NCBI RefSeq assembly: GCF_009914755.1
Contig: NC_060927.1
Length of the DNA: 64,000 nt
Source of the DNA: the human T2T-CHM13v2.0 reference genome, Homo sapiens
Reading direction: 5' to 3' (one strand)
Shown: positions 27,153 to 45,475 of the stretch, piece by piece
Layout of the letters: every line of letters starts with the position of its first letter
Position numbering within the stretch: the stretch's first letter is position 1
Made by a program: the position numbers and the translations under genes
The notes under the pieces: generated by a model
The model's database searches: none
Seen by the model: the letters and a program-made list of their open reading frames with translations, nothing else
What the model was told of the DNA's origin: nothing

Positions 27153-30100
27153 AGGTGATATCTCTACAAAATGTATCATAGGAACTTAGCGGTAAGGTGA
27201 GCTAGGTGCCTAGGGTGAAGAATTTAAGGAAGTACCTATGCTTTGGGTCATTCAAGTGCTGAGTGGGCACCTCAGAGTAAGTGTCTCCTTAAGTTTTGCA
27301 CTCTCAGGCATTTTGCCTGTCTCACCCAGTCCCCAGAACCTCCCATTCAACACACTTAGAATTGATCTCATCATAGTCCCTCCAAATGTACTCTTTCAGT
27401 CTTATCTCTCAGGAAAATCCAAGAACTGCTCAGTGCATCCTCCCACTAGTCTCTTTGCTCCCATCCAATTCAGTCTCTCCACTGCCACAGCATCATCTAT
27501 GTTAAATACCACTCTGATTTATAATTCCAATGCATAATACTCTTCATTGGTTCCCTGTAGCCTAAAGAATGAATTCCAAGGTTCTTTCTGTGGCATGTAA
27601 AGACCCTGTGTGATCTGACTGCATGGACAATCTCGACTGAGGGCTGAAGCAATTTCAATGCTTATATGTAAGGAACATTAGAATTGTTTATTTTTAAATA
27701 TAGAATAGGTCATATTTAATTCTGGGGTTGAAGGTTGTGTCGGAATTTGTAGAGTTAAGATTTCCCATATGGAGGAAGCAGAATCAGATGATTTGGAGGT
27801 GATTAGAAGGAATGGGGGTAGTTTCACTGAAATTTGGAGAATATATGGAAATTAATGGAAGATATACCTGCAAAAGTAAATTGGAGCTGGCCGAAGAACT
27901 GCGGTCATGGAGTTTAACTTTTCTTTTGAAGGGATCTGATCAGAGAAGTAACATGATCAAAATAGGCTTGCGTGAAGGTGAATGAGGCTGTGATGTGGAG
28001 GCTCCACTGAATGGAGAGCAATCAGGAGTCAGGGAGACCAGTAAGAAGGCTGTGTTGCTATTCCAGGTGAGAAGAAATGAGGTCTTGAGTTAGGAATGTA
28101 AAAAATAAAAAAGACATGAAAAATATGAAGTAAGGATAAATAGGATTTTAAGTCTTATTAAAAGAAGACGTGAGGGGAAGATAGTACTCAAAAGGGACTT
28201 AAACATTTGAATTGAGTGATGGGAGACTTATGTATAAGAACCAGAAATGGACAGGAGGAGGATCTTGTTGAGGAAAGATGACAAGGGTCTAACAGGTGTC
28301 TGCAGATGAACCATCTCATTTATTTCCCCAAATGAATATTACACAAATCTTTCATTTTTCTTTCATCTCAGGCACTGCTCGTTCAACTCCTCAAATTTTG
28401 CCTGATTTTCAATTTACTGTCATTTAGAGATTTTCACGATAATCCTTTAAACAAAAGATTAAGGCATCAAAGACAAAAGTTATGTTTACAGACACCAACA
28501 ATTCTAACAAAATTTAGGTTCTTTTTTCTAAATTTCAACTGTAGAAACACCTTTTTGGGATCCACACAATTTCTTACAGCCAGTTTGAGTAACGAATTAT
28601 TATTATATTTTATTTTTTAAGAAGTTGTTTGGCTTCATACAGACCTGATCCTGCCCAGCAGAGGCTGACAAGACTGGCCTATCTAATTAAAGTTCTTTGT
28701 TCCTGGGGTAGATAGAGGAGCCAACACTGTTATCATGAGTTGCAGACATCTTCTCATAGAGGAAATCTGAAACTGCTGCCTCCCACTGCCCAACTAACAA
28801 AGGGACAAAGGTAATTGATTTAACATGAACCAAAAAAGACTTTGCAAATAAAGATTCACATTATACATGATTGTGACACATAATTAAAAACTCAATTTTC
28901 AATAAAATGGAAATAATGGCAAAGACTTGACGCTAAATAAGCTTTAGGTACAGAAATGAATAGTAAGTTTTATAGGAATTTGCAATGCAATATGAGAAGC
29001 TCAAAGCAAGTATTTAATTGCCCTGAAAACTGAACAACATAACAGTCACATTTGCATATTCTTCCAGGCTGACTTGTTTTACTGTAGAGTGCAGGAAAAC
29101 CCTTGTAGGAATATTACATTAGTATCCATGGTGTACAAAAAAAATTTTTTTAAGAGATAATCAAATTAACCTCCAAATCTGACTGAATAACTGCCTACAT
29201 TGACTTGTGCCTAACAAGCTGTGACAATCAAAAGATAAGCTGGTAACATATTGTTTGTTTTGTGACAGTGATAACAGAGATCTAATGCCTCATTCCTCAC
29301 TAGGGCTGCCAGACATAGAAATACAGGATTTGCACACTCTGACCTCCAGAGCATAGAGCTATCGTAAGCCAATGAGTATAAATTCCCTTTTTTGTCTCAG
29401 ACTTAGACATAGGACAATGTGTTTTCCTGATTTCATTAAAAAAAATGAATAAGATACTGAAACATAAAAGGGAGGGGTCTGTGTATGTAGACATTTGTAA
29501 TTCTGTGCTCTAACTCAAAACTTTAGGGAAGCGATCTGTATGGACGATGTTTAATCTTCATGGCAGATGAATGAGGCAGGCACTGTTGGTTACTGCCTAT
29601 CTTACAGATGAGGAAAACTGCTAGAGAGGCTTGATAACCTGTTGAAGGTAACACAGTGGTCAAGTAGCAGAGTGGATTTGGACCCAGGGCCTGAGCTCTT
29701 AGACATTGAGCTGGGCATGGAGGGTGTGAGCAGAAGCAGTGATTGGCTGGTAGGGTTTGCCCACCCAGAAGGCTCTTCTCTGAAGCTCTCCATCCTTGGG
29801 CCGCTCTTCTTACCTTTCCTGGGCTCTCAAACTTTCCTGTATACTGTAAGGAAATACAGTTGTAAATTCAGGAACCAGCACCAAACCTATTTTTTTGATG
29901 GACTGATAATGAATTTCTCACTGAGCTTAAAAATATGTTGCTACCATATTCTAGTGATGTATGTCTCTGCAGTGTGGGAGTCCATCTGCTCATCCTCACC
30001 TAACTATATCACTCTTTTAAAATGGGCTTTGTTGATACTTGAATTGGGAGACTTTAATTCTGCCTTCAATTTTAGTCCACACTGGACAATTTGAGCTCAT

Positions 30101-30279
30101 ACTTTATGGGAAATAGCAAATTGCCACTATATGCTACTCTATGACCATGTATATGTAATTAAATATACATGAATATTCCAACTATATAGCAGTCTGATGA
30201 AGGAAGAACTAGATGTGATGGAGCTCCCTGGTAGGTTCTGTTTGTTAGCAAGGATGACCCCATTTAAAACCCCTTATAT

Positions 30280-30810
30280 GTCTCATTCTGAAGTCTTGAT
30301 TTTCTTATCTGTAAAATGAATATTATGACAACTAGTTCCTAAAAAGAAGCATGGTGTAGTGGAATAAATACAGGCTTTGGAATCAGACATGCCCCAGTGC
30401 ACATCCCCTTGCTGTCACTTTGGAAAGCCACTTTAATATCTCTGGAACAGGAATAATACTTCTTAGTATTGCTGTGAGGATAAGATGGTGCATGTGTCAG
30501 TCCTGGCATAGGGTAGGTATTCAATAAATGTGTTTAGCATATCATTAGGAGCACAGAGACAGAATGCATAAGTGGATAAAAGCACCTGACCCTGGACCCA
30601 AACTTCCTAGGCTCAAATCTGAGCATTATCATTTATCAGCCGAGTGACCTTGGGGAATTAACTTCTCTGTGCCTTAGTTTTTTTGTCTATAAAATGGAAA
30701 TGACTAAAGCACCTTTTTAATAGGGTGGTTGGGAATTATAGGAGACTTAAGGTATATAAAGTACTTAGAACAGTGCCTGGCATGCAATAGACACTCCATG
30801 AGTGTTAAGC
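30280..30810 (+). mobile_element. Cluster of MIR fragments
   Basis: GTGACCTTGGGGAATTAACTTCTCTGTGCCTTAGTTT...AAAATGG...TTAGAACAGTGCCTGGCA. Confidence 0.7.
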
Positions 30811-30999
30811 CCCTCTTTTGAGATTTATTTCACTTCAACGTGATTTCTTCTCAGAGCTCAAGGCCTGGAGATTCACAGTACATTTAGGGGCAGGCATTTC
30901 CAGTTTCTTGTTATCTAAGACCTAAAACAATACTTGTTTTAATCCAGTGTCTGCTGAAAATTGATAGTATCCATCTTAGTTTAATAGGTTCTCATATCA

Positions 31000-31630
31000 T
31001 CTATACCCATTGTTGGCAAAGGCGGGGCTCTCAATAGTAAGTGTGGGGGAAAAGCAAATTAGTACAACCAGCTTTAGATGGTAATTTGCATTTAAAAAAT
31101 CTATCAACACTTGATTAGCACCTCCCTTTTGACCTATCAATTTTACTTATAAGAATTTTTCTACAGGTGAGCTCACATAACTGAGCAAAGACATGTGGTG
31201 AAGTTTTGGTTGCAGCATTGTTTGTGTTATTAAAAATCCATAAACAACTAAGTATTCAGCCAGAGAAAAATATTGAAATAATTTATGTTATATCCATGCA
31301 ATGGAATACTGCAGAGGAGAGAGCTTAAAACTGAGCAATACATGAGAATATTAAAAAGTATACAAACATACTTTTAGGAAAAAAGCATTTTGGGGGCAGT
31401 CTATAGCATGAATGATACTGTGTTAAAAATAGTTATATATTTACATCCATTTGCTTGTATAGTCATAGTAAAATTCTCAAAGCATGTATGAGAAACTGGT
31501 GTTTACCATTGAAAGTAGAATGTATGTGGAGTGAGTACTTTTCCATTTCACTTTATGTACCCTCTTTGAATTTTAAAACATGGGCATATATTGCTTTTAC
31601 AACTTAAAAAAAGTTATTTTTAAAAATAGT
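31000..31630 (+). mobile_element. Ancient L1M(E) 3' fragment
   Basis: TTGCAGCATTGTTTG...ATCCATGCAATGGAATACT, a degenerate ORF2 end and 3'UTR. Confidence 0.55.
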
Positions 31631-34600
31631 CAATAAAAAATTCCTTTGTTCCCTTTACTGCCATATATTAGTTTTTTTAAAAAATTAGTCCTTCTTGCAA
31701 ATGTAATCCTAAGCCTTGATGTAATATTTTTGAGTAATTGAGCCAACTATCATCTTTAGTTAAAACAGGACGTGTATCAACTCACGGCCAAAGCTCTAAT
31801 TTGCTCCCAGGGAGCACAGACCAAAATGACTAAGGAAATACCTTAACATCAAGTCACAGGAGACTCTTAAGTCCTGTGGCAAAATTTCCTGCATTTCAAA
31901 AATTCATGCACTTAGAGAGGAAACATTAAATCAAAAGCATTAGATGGGGGCAAGGAGCATTGAGTCAATGACTTTTCCTCAGGACTTATTAATGCTAAAC
32001 ATGGGGAAATATTACACAGGGGACTTTTTTACATTAAGGTTTGTCTGTATTTCTAAAACCCCTCACTCGGTCTTTTGCAAAATGCTATATAAAAGTTACA
32101 TTGCTTTTGGGTTTTGAGGGTGGAAGTAATTTGCATGAGGAGTAATCAAGGTTCCTTGCCCTTTGTACTTTCAAAAGTACCTATACACACATTGTCTTAT
32201 TTGATACTCACAAACAAGGTATTTAGGACAAGAATAAAGTTCATTTTCTACATAGGGATCTGAGGTTTGGAAAAGTTAAGTGACAAGCAAGTCAGCATGG
32301 AGCTGAACACAGAAGGACTCTTGGCTGTGTCTTGGCCCACCCGCCCCCCGCCTTTTTTTTTTTGCCACCAGCAGTCAAGGGCATGGCTATACAGAAGAAT
32401 CACTCCTATGGTTGTGAAATGTGAAGTGGTTTAGTATTTTCTTGGAATTACTTTTAACTCTGGTCTAGAAAGACCCAGGAATGGCAAATTGAACTTTCTC
32501 CCCAAAGTGAATTATAAACATCCTAATTTAATTGGTTAAGGAACCTCTAATAAAATCCAGGTAGATCTAGTTTCTCATTTTGCCTCTAGTCCTTACTAGC
32601 CATATAATCTTGGGCAAACTGTTTCCTCATCTATAAAATGAGGATAATGATAGCTTTAACCTTCCATGGCTGCTGTTAAGATTTTAAATGAAATAATGTG
32701 TGAAAAGTGCTTGGCAAAGTGCATGGTAGATAGCAGAGGGTCAATAAACACCCATGGCAATAATAATTATTAATAATATGATAACTAAATCAGGGTCCAG
32801 GTCATTGTGGCAGGCAGGGTTCTGATAGAGGCCAGAACTTTTGTCTACTTGGAGGTGACAGCCAGGAGCTGCATTCCAGAGTGGGTGCCAATCAGCTTCT
32901 TCTGTTTTGAAGGATTCTTCCCTGGAAACACAAAGAACCAACTAAGCATGGGCAGGAAAGCTACTTTAAACTTCCCTGCATGTCATTGTGGGGGCTTGGG
33001 CATTTCTGACTGAAGAGAATACCCCCAGTTTAAAACAGAGTTCACCACCTTTCCAGTTTATGATCAACAGTAAGACGAGGGAGCAGTCACCTCCCCTAAA
33101 AGGGCAACCTGATGATCTTCTTGCTCTGGGGAGTTGGTCTTTAGCCTCCTAAAATTCAACTTTAAAAATCAGATTTTGGCTGAAATCTGAGAAGCCAGAG
33201 TTCAGAATCTAGATAATAAGCAATGAAAGGTCTATTTGCTAGCTATTTAGCTTAAAAGTATTTTACTAATTTCTCATCTGAGTTTTTAAAAATTATTTTT
33301 CTTTATTACACAGTTTATACTTACTGAAAAAAATATACAGAATCAAGATGAAAGAAAATAAAAATCCTTAGAAGCATTTCATATTCATTTTGGTATATAG
33401 CCATTGAAACTTTAAAAAATAAATATGTTTTAACGAAAACTCTAAAGCACTGAATGCACAGTTTATGACCTCTCAAAATCTAGGAATATATCATGTACAT
33501 CTTTCCATGTCAATACATTTTTTCCTATGATTTCATTTTCAATGGTTGCTTAGTATTTGATCGGGTAGACATTCCATAATTTAATCTTTGGATCTTAAAT
33601 GCTTAGGTTGTTTTCTTCCTGCAAGAAAAATTCTTGAAAAATTATTGCACAAATCTTTATTTTTTTATAAAAAATAAATTCCTAAAAGTGGAATTTTTAG
33701 GTCAAAGAGTAAATGCATTTTAAAGGGTTTTGATGTCAAATTGTCTTCCAGTTAAATTTGCCAATTTTACCCTCATTATTAGTACAAGCATATGATTAAT
33801 GACTATTTAGGTAAACATGACTTCCATTTATTTATTGCAAAAGTTGAATACCTTTACAATAGACTGTATTGCTGCACCAGAAATAAAGAAGATTTCTTGC
33901 TGACACCAACTCCTACTTTTGTTTTTATAATCCAAACACAATATATCTTAAGACAGTATGTTAATTAATTCTATTTAGGAGCTTGGTAATCATGATCAGT
34001 AGAATAAACTTTGCTTTTGGTGGAATATAATGGAAAATGTAGAAATAATTTGGAGGAAAAGTTACTATGAGCACACTTCCCTGGAACCCATTAATTCCAC
34101 CCACATACCCTTTTTAAGGTGTGAGAATAAAACAGTCAGGGGCGTATAAACTCTTCCACTGTGGTTATCATCACATCAATTTTCTCTATGGTTGGAAGTA
34201 ACCCTGCCTGATCCCTTCTCCACCACACTAGGCTTCACAGTAGAAACATGAAGATTGGAACCTTTTCAGCAGAAATTACTCTTGATGACACCAGCCCCGC
34301 TGTCAGAGTAATTCCTGCTGGAAAGAAGGCATCTGAATAATTGGTCTAATAAACCGCGTTAGTGTTTCATCTTGGCAAAGGATTAATTAGGGGAAGAGAA
34401 ACTAACATTTATTTGGGTTGCTATTTGACAGGCCGTTTATTATTACATTATTGGATTTAATATACCCTACCAACTTATGAGGTAGGTATTGCCGTAGGCA
34501 TTTTACAGTGAAAGAACAGAAATTCAGTCAAATAAAGTATCTTGCCTAAGGCCACACAGCTAGTGAGCTGCAAAGGTGAGATTTGAACCTGGGCTCCCTG

Positions 34601-36704
34601 CTTCGGGAGTCTGTGTTCTTTATACTGTTCCTTCTCACTGGTTGTAGAAGTCTGACTGTCTCTCCTCTAGAATAGTGATTGTAAGTATTTAGCCAACTAA
34701 ACTGCAGGTTTCCTCTTAAAATCAGTATGTCAGGTTTACTTAGAGCACTCAGAATGCTGAGTCTGTTTAGAAACTTTTGTAGGCCAGAAACAGAAAATCT
34801 GCTAAACTGGCCAGACAATAAAGAGTTTATTGTCTTAGGTAACAAGATATCCTGAGACAGAGAGACTCCTGCCTTTTTTCAGAGGCTCAGTGATTTCATC
34901 ATGGACTCAAGTCCCCCATCTTGCTGCTCTGCCATTCTCAGTGCTGTCTTGTAGGTGTCTTTTATTGTGTGATGACTTCAGAAGCTCTGAGTGCAACATC
35001 TTCATGAATACAGAGACAGGAAAATGAAATGGCTCCTCCTCACACATCCGTTTTCTTTTGTAAGAGCAAGACAAACTTCCCAGTAGACTCTCTCTGGCGC
35101 CTCATTGCCCAGGACTGTGCCATAGGCCCCTTCCTAAACCAAACATTGGCATTGGGAATGACTTAGGCCAAGATTCACCTGAGGTTGGGGAGGGTGAATG
35201 CTGATATCAGAGCCAGGCTTTGTGGCAGGAGGAACCACCAAAAATACTGCCAATACAGCATTCGAGAGATTTTGAGATTTCTTTTTGTAGTTAATTGTGT
35301 ATATATTCTGGGATTCTTCAGTGGTATAAAAGTATACTGTTGCTTTTCTAGATGGTTTTATTTTTATATAGCTACCAACTACAAATGAGCACATCATTTT
35401 TTCAGTGTGGTTGACCAAATCCTTCCCATTTCCATCACCTTCTCCAATATAATTTATATTCTTCTTCTTTACCCAAATGTTCATCTATTCTAACTCTTCT
35501 TCACAGTCCTTCCGAATACGACTTTTTCCAAGAATGTGGGGAAAGTATGATTTTAATGCAAAATGAAGAAGAACCCAATATTCCCTGTCTATTAGAGTTA
35601 GTGTAATTTTTGCCCTTAAACAAAAAAGAGTATTGTCTTATTGGAGAGACTTAAGTAGAATAAACATACTTTTCTGTCATTAATAAATAATCTGATCATC
35701 TTGTATTTCAGCAATTCATTTAACCCTCATGCTTGTATTCAAACAAAACAAAAATTGAAGTGGAGGGATGTCCATTAACTGCCAAAATAATTAGTTCAGT
35801 AAAACAACTTGTTGATTCAAGGGGAAAGGTCAGTTATTTTTTTCATTGTATTGGCTTATTAAATTTGAACAGCCAATTTAGTTCAAATGTTCATCAAAAT
35901 CTATGATGTACTAACATTGTGGGAAAGTAAGAGGAGCTATAGAAAATCTTACACAACCTGGTAGAGAAGAAGAATAAATAACCAACTTAGAAAAAGTATC
36001 TATAATAAACTATTACATAAGATACAACAAAGATATATGAAAATTATAACATCAATAACAAATGTATTGAGCACTGATTATGGCCTAGATTGTGCTTCTA
36101 TTTGCTTTACAGGTATTAACTCATTTAGTTCCCAAACAACTCTATAAGTTTTTTTTTTTTGTTAGCCCTATTTTACAGATGAAAAAACAGAGGCAGTAAA
36201 GAAGCATAAGGAGAGTTTCATGGGAATTTGGATGAGGATGCAATTCTTCCTGGGAAGTTAGGGGAGCAAGTGTTTTAGGGGAAAGATATGTGAAAAAGGT
36301 GACCTTCCAGCTAGTGTTGAGGCGAGAGGCCCAGGAAAAAAAAAATGGCTTTGTAGTGGGGAAAAATGGCATCTGCAAAGCATCTCTGAAAGACCTTTGT
36401 GTGTCCTGTGTGGCTGAAGCACTGTGCAAATATGTGGAGGTTAAGGAAAGGGAAGCTGTGGTTGGGTTGTCTAAATGGTGTATGCCCAGCTAAAGGGCTA
36501 GAGGTCTGTCATCATGAGTCAATACCCATCTAAGTTGTTTATGCAGGAGAGTGACATGATGAGATGTGGCTTTAAGAAAATGATTCTGGGACAGATAGAG
36601 ACAACCAGATTAGATGGGGGAGGACATGAAAAGGAAGAGGGAGACCCACAGGCTCTATAACCCCTCTGTGAATAGCAATGTCATTGTTCAAAATGTGAGA
36701 GAAA

Positions 36705-38061
36705 TCTGATATCCTTCAGCAAGAACACGAACCTCGACCACATGCCTTATACAAAAATTACCTCATAATGGACCACAGACTTGAATGTAAAATGGAAAAC
36801 TATAAAAAGTGTAGACAAAAATAGAAAAATTTTGAAACCTCGGATGAGGTAAAGCCTTCTTAAACTTGTCACCAAAAGCACTATTCATAAAAGAAGAAAA
36901 CTGTCAAATTGGACATTATCAACATTAAAAACTTTTGTTCTGTGAAAGACCTTGTCAACAGAAAGAAAAAGACAAGCTATAGCCTGGGGGACAATATTTG
37001 CAAATGGCATATCTAACAAAGGAATTGTATCTAGAATATATACAATGAACTCTTTCAACCATAAATAACCCAAATAATCCTTTTGGAAATTGGACAAAAT
37101 ACATATACATACATTTCACTTGAAGAGGATATATAGATGGCAGATAAGCACATGAAAGGATGTCCAACATCATTAGCCATTGGTGAAGTGCAAATTAAAA
37201 TGACAGTGGGATATCACTATGTATCAAATCAGAATGGCTAAAATTAAAAGTAGTGATAACATCAAATGCTGATGAGGATGCAGAAAAACTGGACCACTCA
37301 GACACTGGTGAGAATATAATGTGGTACAACCACTCTAGAGTAAAATATGGCAATTTCTTACAGAACTAAAATGTGCTTACCATGCAACAGTATAATTGCA
37401 CTGTTGGACATTTATCTCACAAAAATGAAAACTGTATTCACATAAACAACTGTACACAAATGTACATAGCAGCTTTAGTCTTAATAGCTCCAAACTGGAA
37501 ACAACTCCAGTATACTTTAATGTGTGACTGGTTAGTCAAACTGTGGTGTGTCATAAACTGGAATATCATTCTGTGGTATTCTCCACTGAGTGAAGAAAAA
37601 CAGTATCAAAAAATTATATATTGTATGATTCCATTCATATAACATTCTTGGAGTGACAAAATTATATAGATGGGGAACAGATTCATTGTTGCCACAAGTT
37701 GGGAAAAGAAGAGGGAAGGAGGCGGGTGGGCCGTAAAAGGGTAAAAGGAGGGATCCTTGTGATGGAACTGTTCTGTATATGGACTGTGGTAGTCGTTACA
37801 TGAACCCATATATGTGATAAAATTATATAGAACTAAAACCACACGCACACATATACAGTGCGTGTAAAACTGGTGAAACTTGATTAAGCTTGGTGGATTG
37901 TATCAATATCAATTTTCTGGTTGTGATATTATACTATATTTATGTAAGATGTCATCATTGGGGGAAACTAGAGAAAGAGTATACAAGATTTTTCTCTATT
38001 ATTTCCTACAACAAAAATTGTATGAATCTACAATTATCTAAAAATAAGTAAAAAAAAAAAT
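36705..38061 (+). mobile_element. Old L1MC (L1MC1/2-like) 3' portion
   Basis: Degenerate ORF2 3' end (CCTTATACAAAAATT...CATCATTAGCCATT...GCAAATTAAAA); 3'UTR ends GAATCTACAATTATC followed by an A-tail. Confidence 0.8.
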
Positions 38062-38934
38062 AGGGAGAAAAATGAGTGTACTAAAAGAAGATAAATTCGG
38101 TTTGGAAATGTTGAGTTTGAGAAGCTAGAAGTCTAGTAGCATGTTCTTAGGACAGTTTTAGAGTGGAAGAATGGAAGACTAATTTGAAGATATTGGTAAA
38201 TCTGGGAGTTGTTTGCATAAAAATAGGGAAGTCTTTGATGAGCTTGCCCAGCGAGTGAGAATAAAGCCATAATCATAATAAGAGCTCACATAATTGACCT
38301 ATCACTGTGAGACATTGTGCATCCTGTAGACATGTTCCTTATTCACTCTTCACAACAATCCTATGATGTAGCTACTATTATTATATCCACTTTACAGATG
38401 AGGAAACCAAAGCCTAGAAGGGTTAAGCAACTTGCCAGGGTCACACAGCTGGTAATCAGAGGAGCTAGTCTATGTGACTCCAGAGGTTACCTTCCCTCCA
38501 GCATGAAAGAAAAGCACTGAATAAAAGCACAGGAATATGATCATTTCAAGTTTTGGCAGAAACTAGAAAAACTCATGAAAATGACAGAGGAGGTAACCCC
38601 ATTAAGACCCAGGTTTTATATCCTGAGTCTTGATGGGGATTTACTCTAGTCCTGTCTTTCGGGTCTTGGAGGCACATCCTAGTTACTTGTTATCAAGGGG
38701 AATGCATAAGTTCTTTTTTTTTTATTATTATTATACTTTAAGTTTTAGGGTATATGTGTACAATGTGCAGGTTAGTTACATATGTATACATGTGCCATGC
38801 TGCTGTGCTGCACCCACTAACTCGTCATCTAGCATTAGGTATATCTCCCAATGCTATCCCTCCCCTCTCCCCCCACCCCACAACAGTCCCCAGAGTGTGA
38901 TGTTCCCCTTCCTGTGTCCATGTGTTCTCATTGT

Positions 38935-42775
<3,841 letters not shown>

Positions 42776-42823
42776 TTATTTTGCTCATTAGTTGATGCAG
42801 TTTCTTCCTAGTCTCGATGGTCT

Positions 42824-43840
42824 TCACATTTTGGCATGATTTTGCAGTGGCTGGTACCGGTTGTTCCTTTACATGTTTAGTGCTTCCTTCAGGAGCTCTT
42901 TTAGGGCAGGCCTGGTGGTGACGAAATCTCTCAGCATTTGCTTGTCTGTAAAGTATTTTAGTTCTCCTTCACTTATGAAGCTTAGTTTGGCTGGATATGA
43001 AGTTCTGGGTTGAAAATTCTTTTCTTTAAGAATGTTGAATATTGGCCCCCACTCTCTTCTGGCTTGTAGCGTTTCTGCCGAAAGATCCGCTGTTAGTCTG
43101 ATGGGCTTCCCTTTGAGGATAACCTGACCTTTCTTTCTGGCTGCCCTTAACATTTTTTCCTTCATTTCAACTTTGGTGAATCTGACAATTATGTGTCTTG
43201 GAGTTGCTCTTCTCGAGGAGTATCTTTGTGGTGTTCTCTGTATTTCCTGAATCTGAATGTTGGCCTGCCTTGCTAGATTGGGGAAGTTCTCCTGGATAAT
43301 ATCCTGCAGAGTGTTTTCCAGCTTGGTTCCATTCTCCCCGTCACTTTCAGGTACACCAATCAGATGAAGATTTGGTCTTTTCACATAGTCCCATATTTCT
43401 TGGAGGCTTTGCTCATTTCTTTTTATTCTTTTTTCTCTAAACTTCCCTTCTCGCTTCATTTCATTCATTTCATCTTCCATTGCTGATACCCTTTCTTCCA
43501 GTTGATCTCACCGGCTCCTGAGGCTTCTGCATTCTTTACGTAGTTCTCGAGCCTTGGTTTTCAGCTCCATCAGCTCCTTTAAGCACTTCTCTGTATTGGT
43601 TATTCTAGTTATACATTCTTCTAAATTTTTTTCAAAGTTTTCAACTTCTTTGCCTTTGGTTTGAGTGTCCTCCTGTAGCTCAGAGTAATTTGATCATCTG
43701 AAGCCTTCTTCTCTCAGCTCGTCAAAGTTATTCTCCATCCAGCTTTGTTCTGTTGCTGTTGAGGAACTGCATTCCTTTGGAGGAGGAGAGGTGCTCTGCT
43801 TTTTAGAGTTTCCAGTTTTTCTGCTCGGTTTTTTCCCCAT
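42824..43840 (-). pseudogene. L1 ORF1 with nonsense mutations
   Basis: ATG at 43840; CGA>TGA near 43696, TGC>TGA near 43508 and GAA>TAA at 42871 relative to the intact copy; only a 203-aa piece remains open. Confidence 0.9.
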
Positions 43841-45015
43841 CTTTGTGGTTTTATCTACTTTTGGTCTTTGATGATGGTGATGTAAAGATGGGTTTTTGGT
43901 GTGGATGTCCTTTCTGTTTGTTAGTTTTCCTTCTAACAGACAGGACCCTCAGCTGCAGGTCTGTTGGAGTACTGGACCCTGTGAGGTGTCAGTCTGCCCC
44001 TGCTGTGGGGTGCCTCCCGGTTAGGCTGCTCGGGGGGTCAGGGGTCAGGGGTCAGGGACCCACTTAAGGAGGCAGTCTGCCCGTTCTCAGATCTCCAGCT
44101 GCGTGCTGGGAGAACCACTGCTCTCTTCAAAGCTCAGATGGAAATGCAGAAATCACCCGTCTTCTGCGTCGCTCACGCTGGGAGCTGTAGACCGGAGCTG
44201 TTCCTATTTGGCCATCTTGGCTCCTCCACCCTCACATAAGTTCTGTTTGTACAAGATTGTTGGATGCTGGGTCAGTTCTGAGAAGCACATCGTCCGTAGA
44301 GTTGGTGGGTGGGGCTGGTCCAGGTCTATTCATGGAGTCAGTGGACCATGGGAGGGAAGTCAGACTTGTTCAGGGCTGAAAACTTGGAGGCACATATGGG
44401 TGTGTCATATTGGAGGAAATGAAATGAAGGTCAGCTGTGAGGAAGCTGAGGTGAGAGTAGGAGAAATGAGCTGAGTCCAGGGCTGTGGAGAGCGTACAGC
44501 GGCCTCTCTTTCCACAGGGTCTGGGACAGCCAGGCCTCTCCCTTGAAAGGCAGAGCTGGGACTCACAGCCCATTTGCCTGACCTAGACTTGGGCTTCCCA
44601 CCTTTTCTTTTCACAAAATTAATCAATTGGAAGGAATCGACAAAATTGTTCAGTTGTCTGGTTTCATGTGGACATAACATAAAAGCCTTACCAGCTTTCA
44701 GGAATAAGGGATAAAATGTGGTTTTGTTCTTTCTTAATTTCCCCAGTTGATTTGTATTATAATTCCTGCAGATGTAGCTAAAAACTAAATCCCTAAATTA
44801 TAGTGGAAAGCATTAATTGAGGAAGTTTTCAAAATGATGTTAATATAATTAATGTTGACCTATGGAAACCCTAACTTGAATTTTTCTTAGGGCCTTTTTT
44901 TTTAAGAACTATAGTTCTGTCATCTTCATAATTCATCATCTTTTGCTACAATAACATTGATTAGAAAGAATGCTCCTGGATGAAATGCATGAATACAGGT
45001 GTAGGGCAGAGACAA

Positions 45016-45393
45016 TATCTTAGTCTATTCAGGCAGTTAACAGCAAATAACATAGACTGGGTGCCTTATTAACAACAAAAATTATTTCTCTTGGTTCTGC
45101 AGGCTAGAAGTCCAAGATCAGGGTGCTGACACGGTTGGGCTCTTGTGAGGACCCTCTTCTAGGTTGCCTATTGCTGACTTCTCAACTTCTTGTTGTATTC
45201 TTACCTTGTGGAAAGAGTTATAGAGAGCTCTTTGGGGTCCCTAATGGTATTAATGGCACTAATCCCATTCATAAGGGCTCCACCTTCATGACCCAATCAC
45301 CTCCCAAAGACTGCACTTTCTAATATCATCACCTTGGGGATTAGAATTTCAACAGATGAATTTGAGAGGGACACAAACATTCAGACCATAGCA
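45016..45393 (-). mobile_element. MLT1A-like solo LTR
   Basis: TCTTAGTCTATTCAGGC...AAGTCCAAGATCAGGGTGC...ACAAACATTCAGACCATAGCA. Confidence 0.8.
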
Positions 45394-45446
45394 GTGAGTC
45401 TGCAGTGTCAGAAATCAAGACAGTTATGAGAACCTAAAGGGGTATT

Positions 45447-45475
45447 TACACACACACACACACACACACACGCAT

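Noticed and set aside
29642-30094. 150-aa ORF
   Set aside because: Non-ATG start inside a MIR; no recognisable domain.
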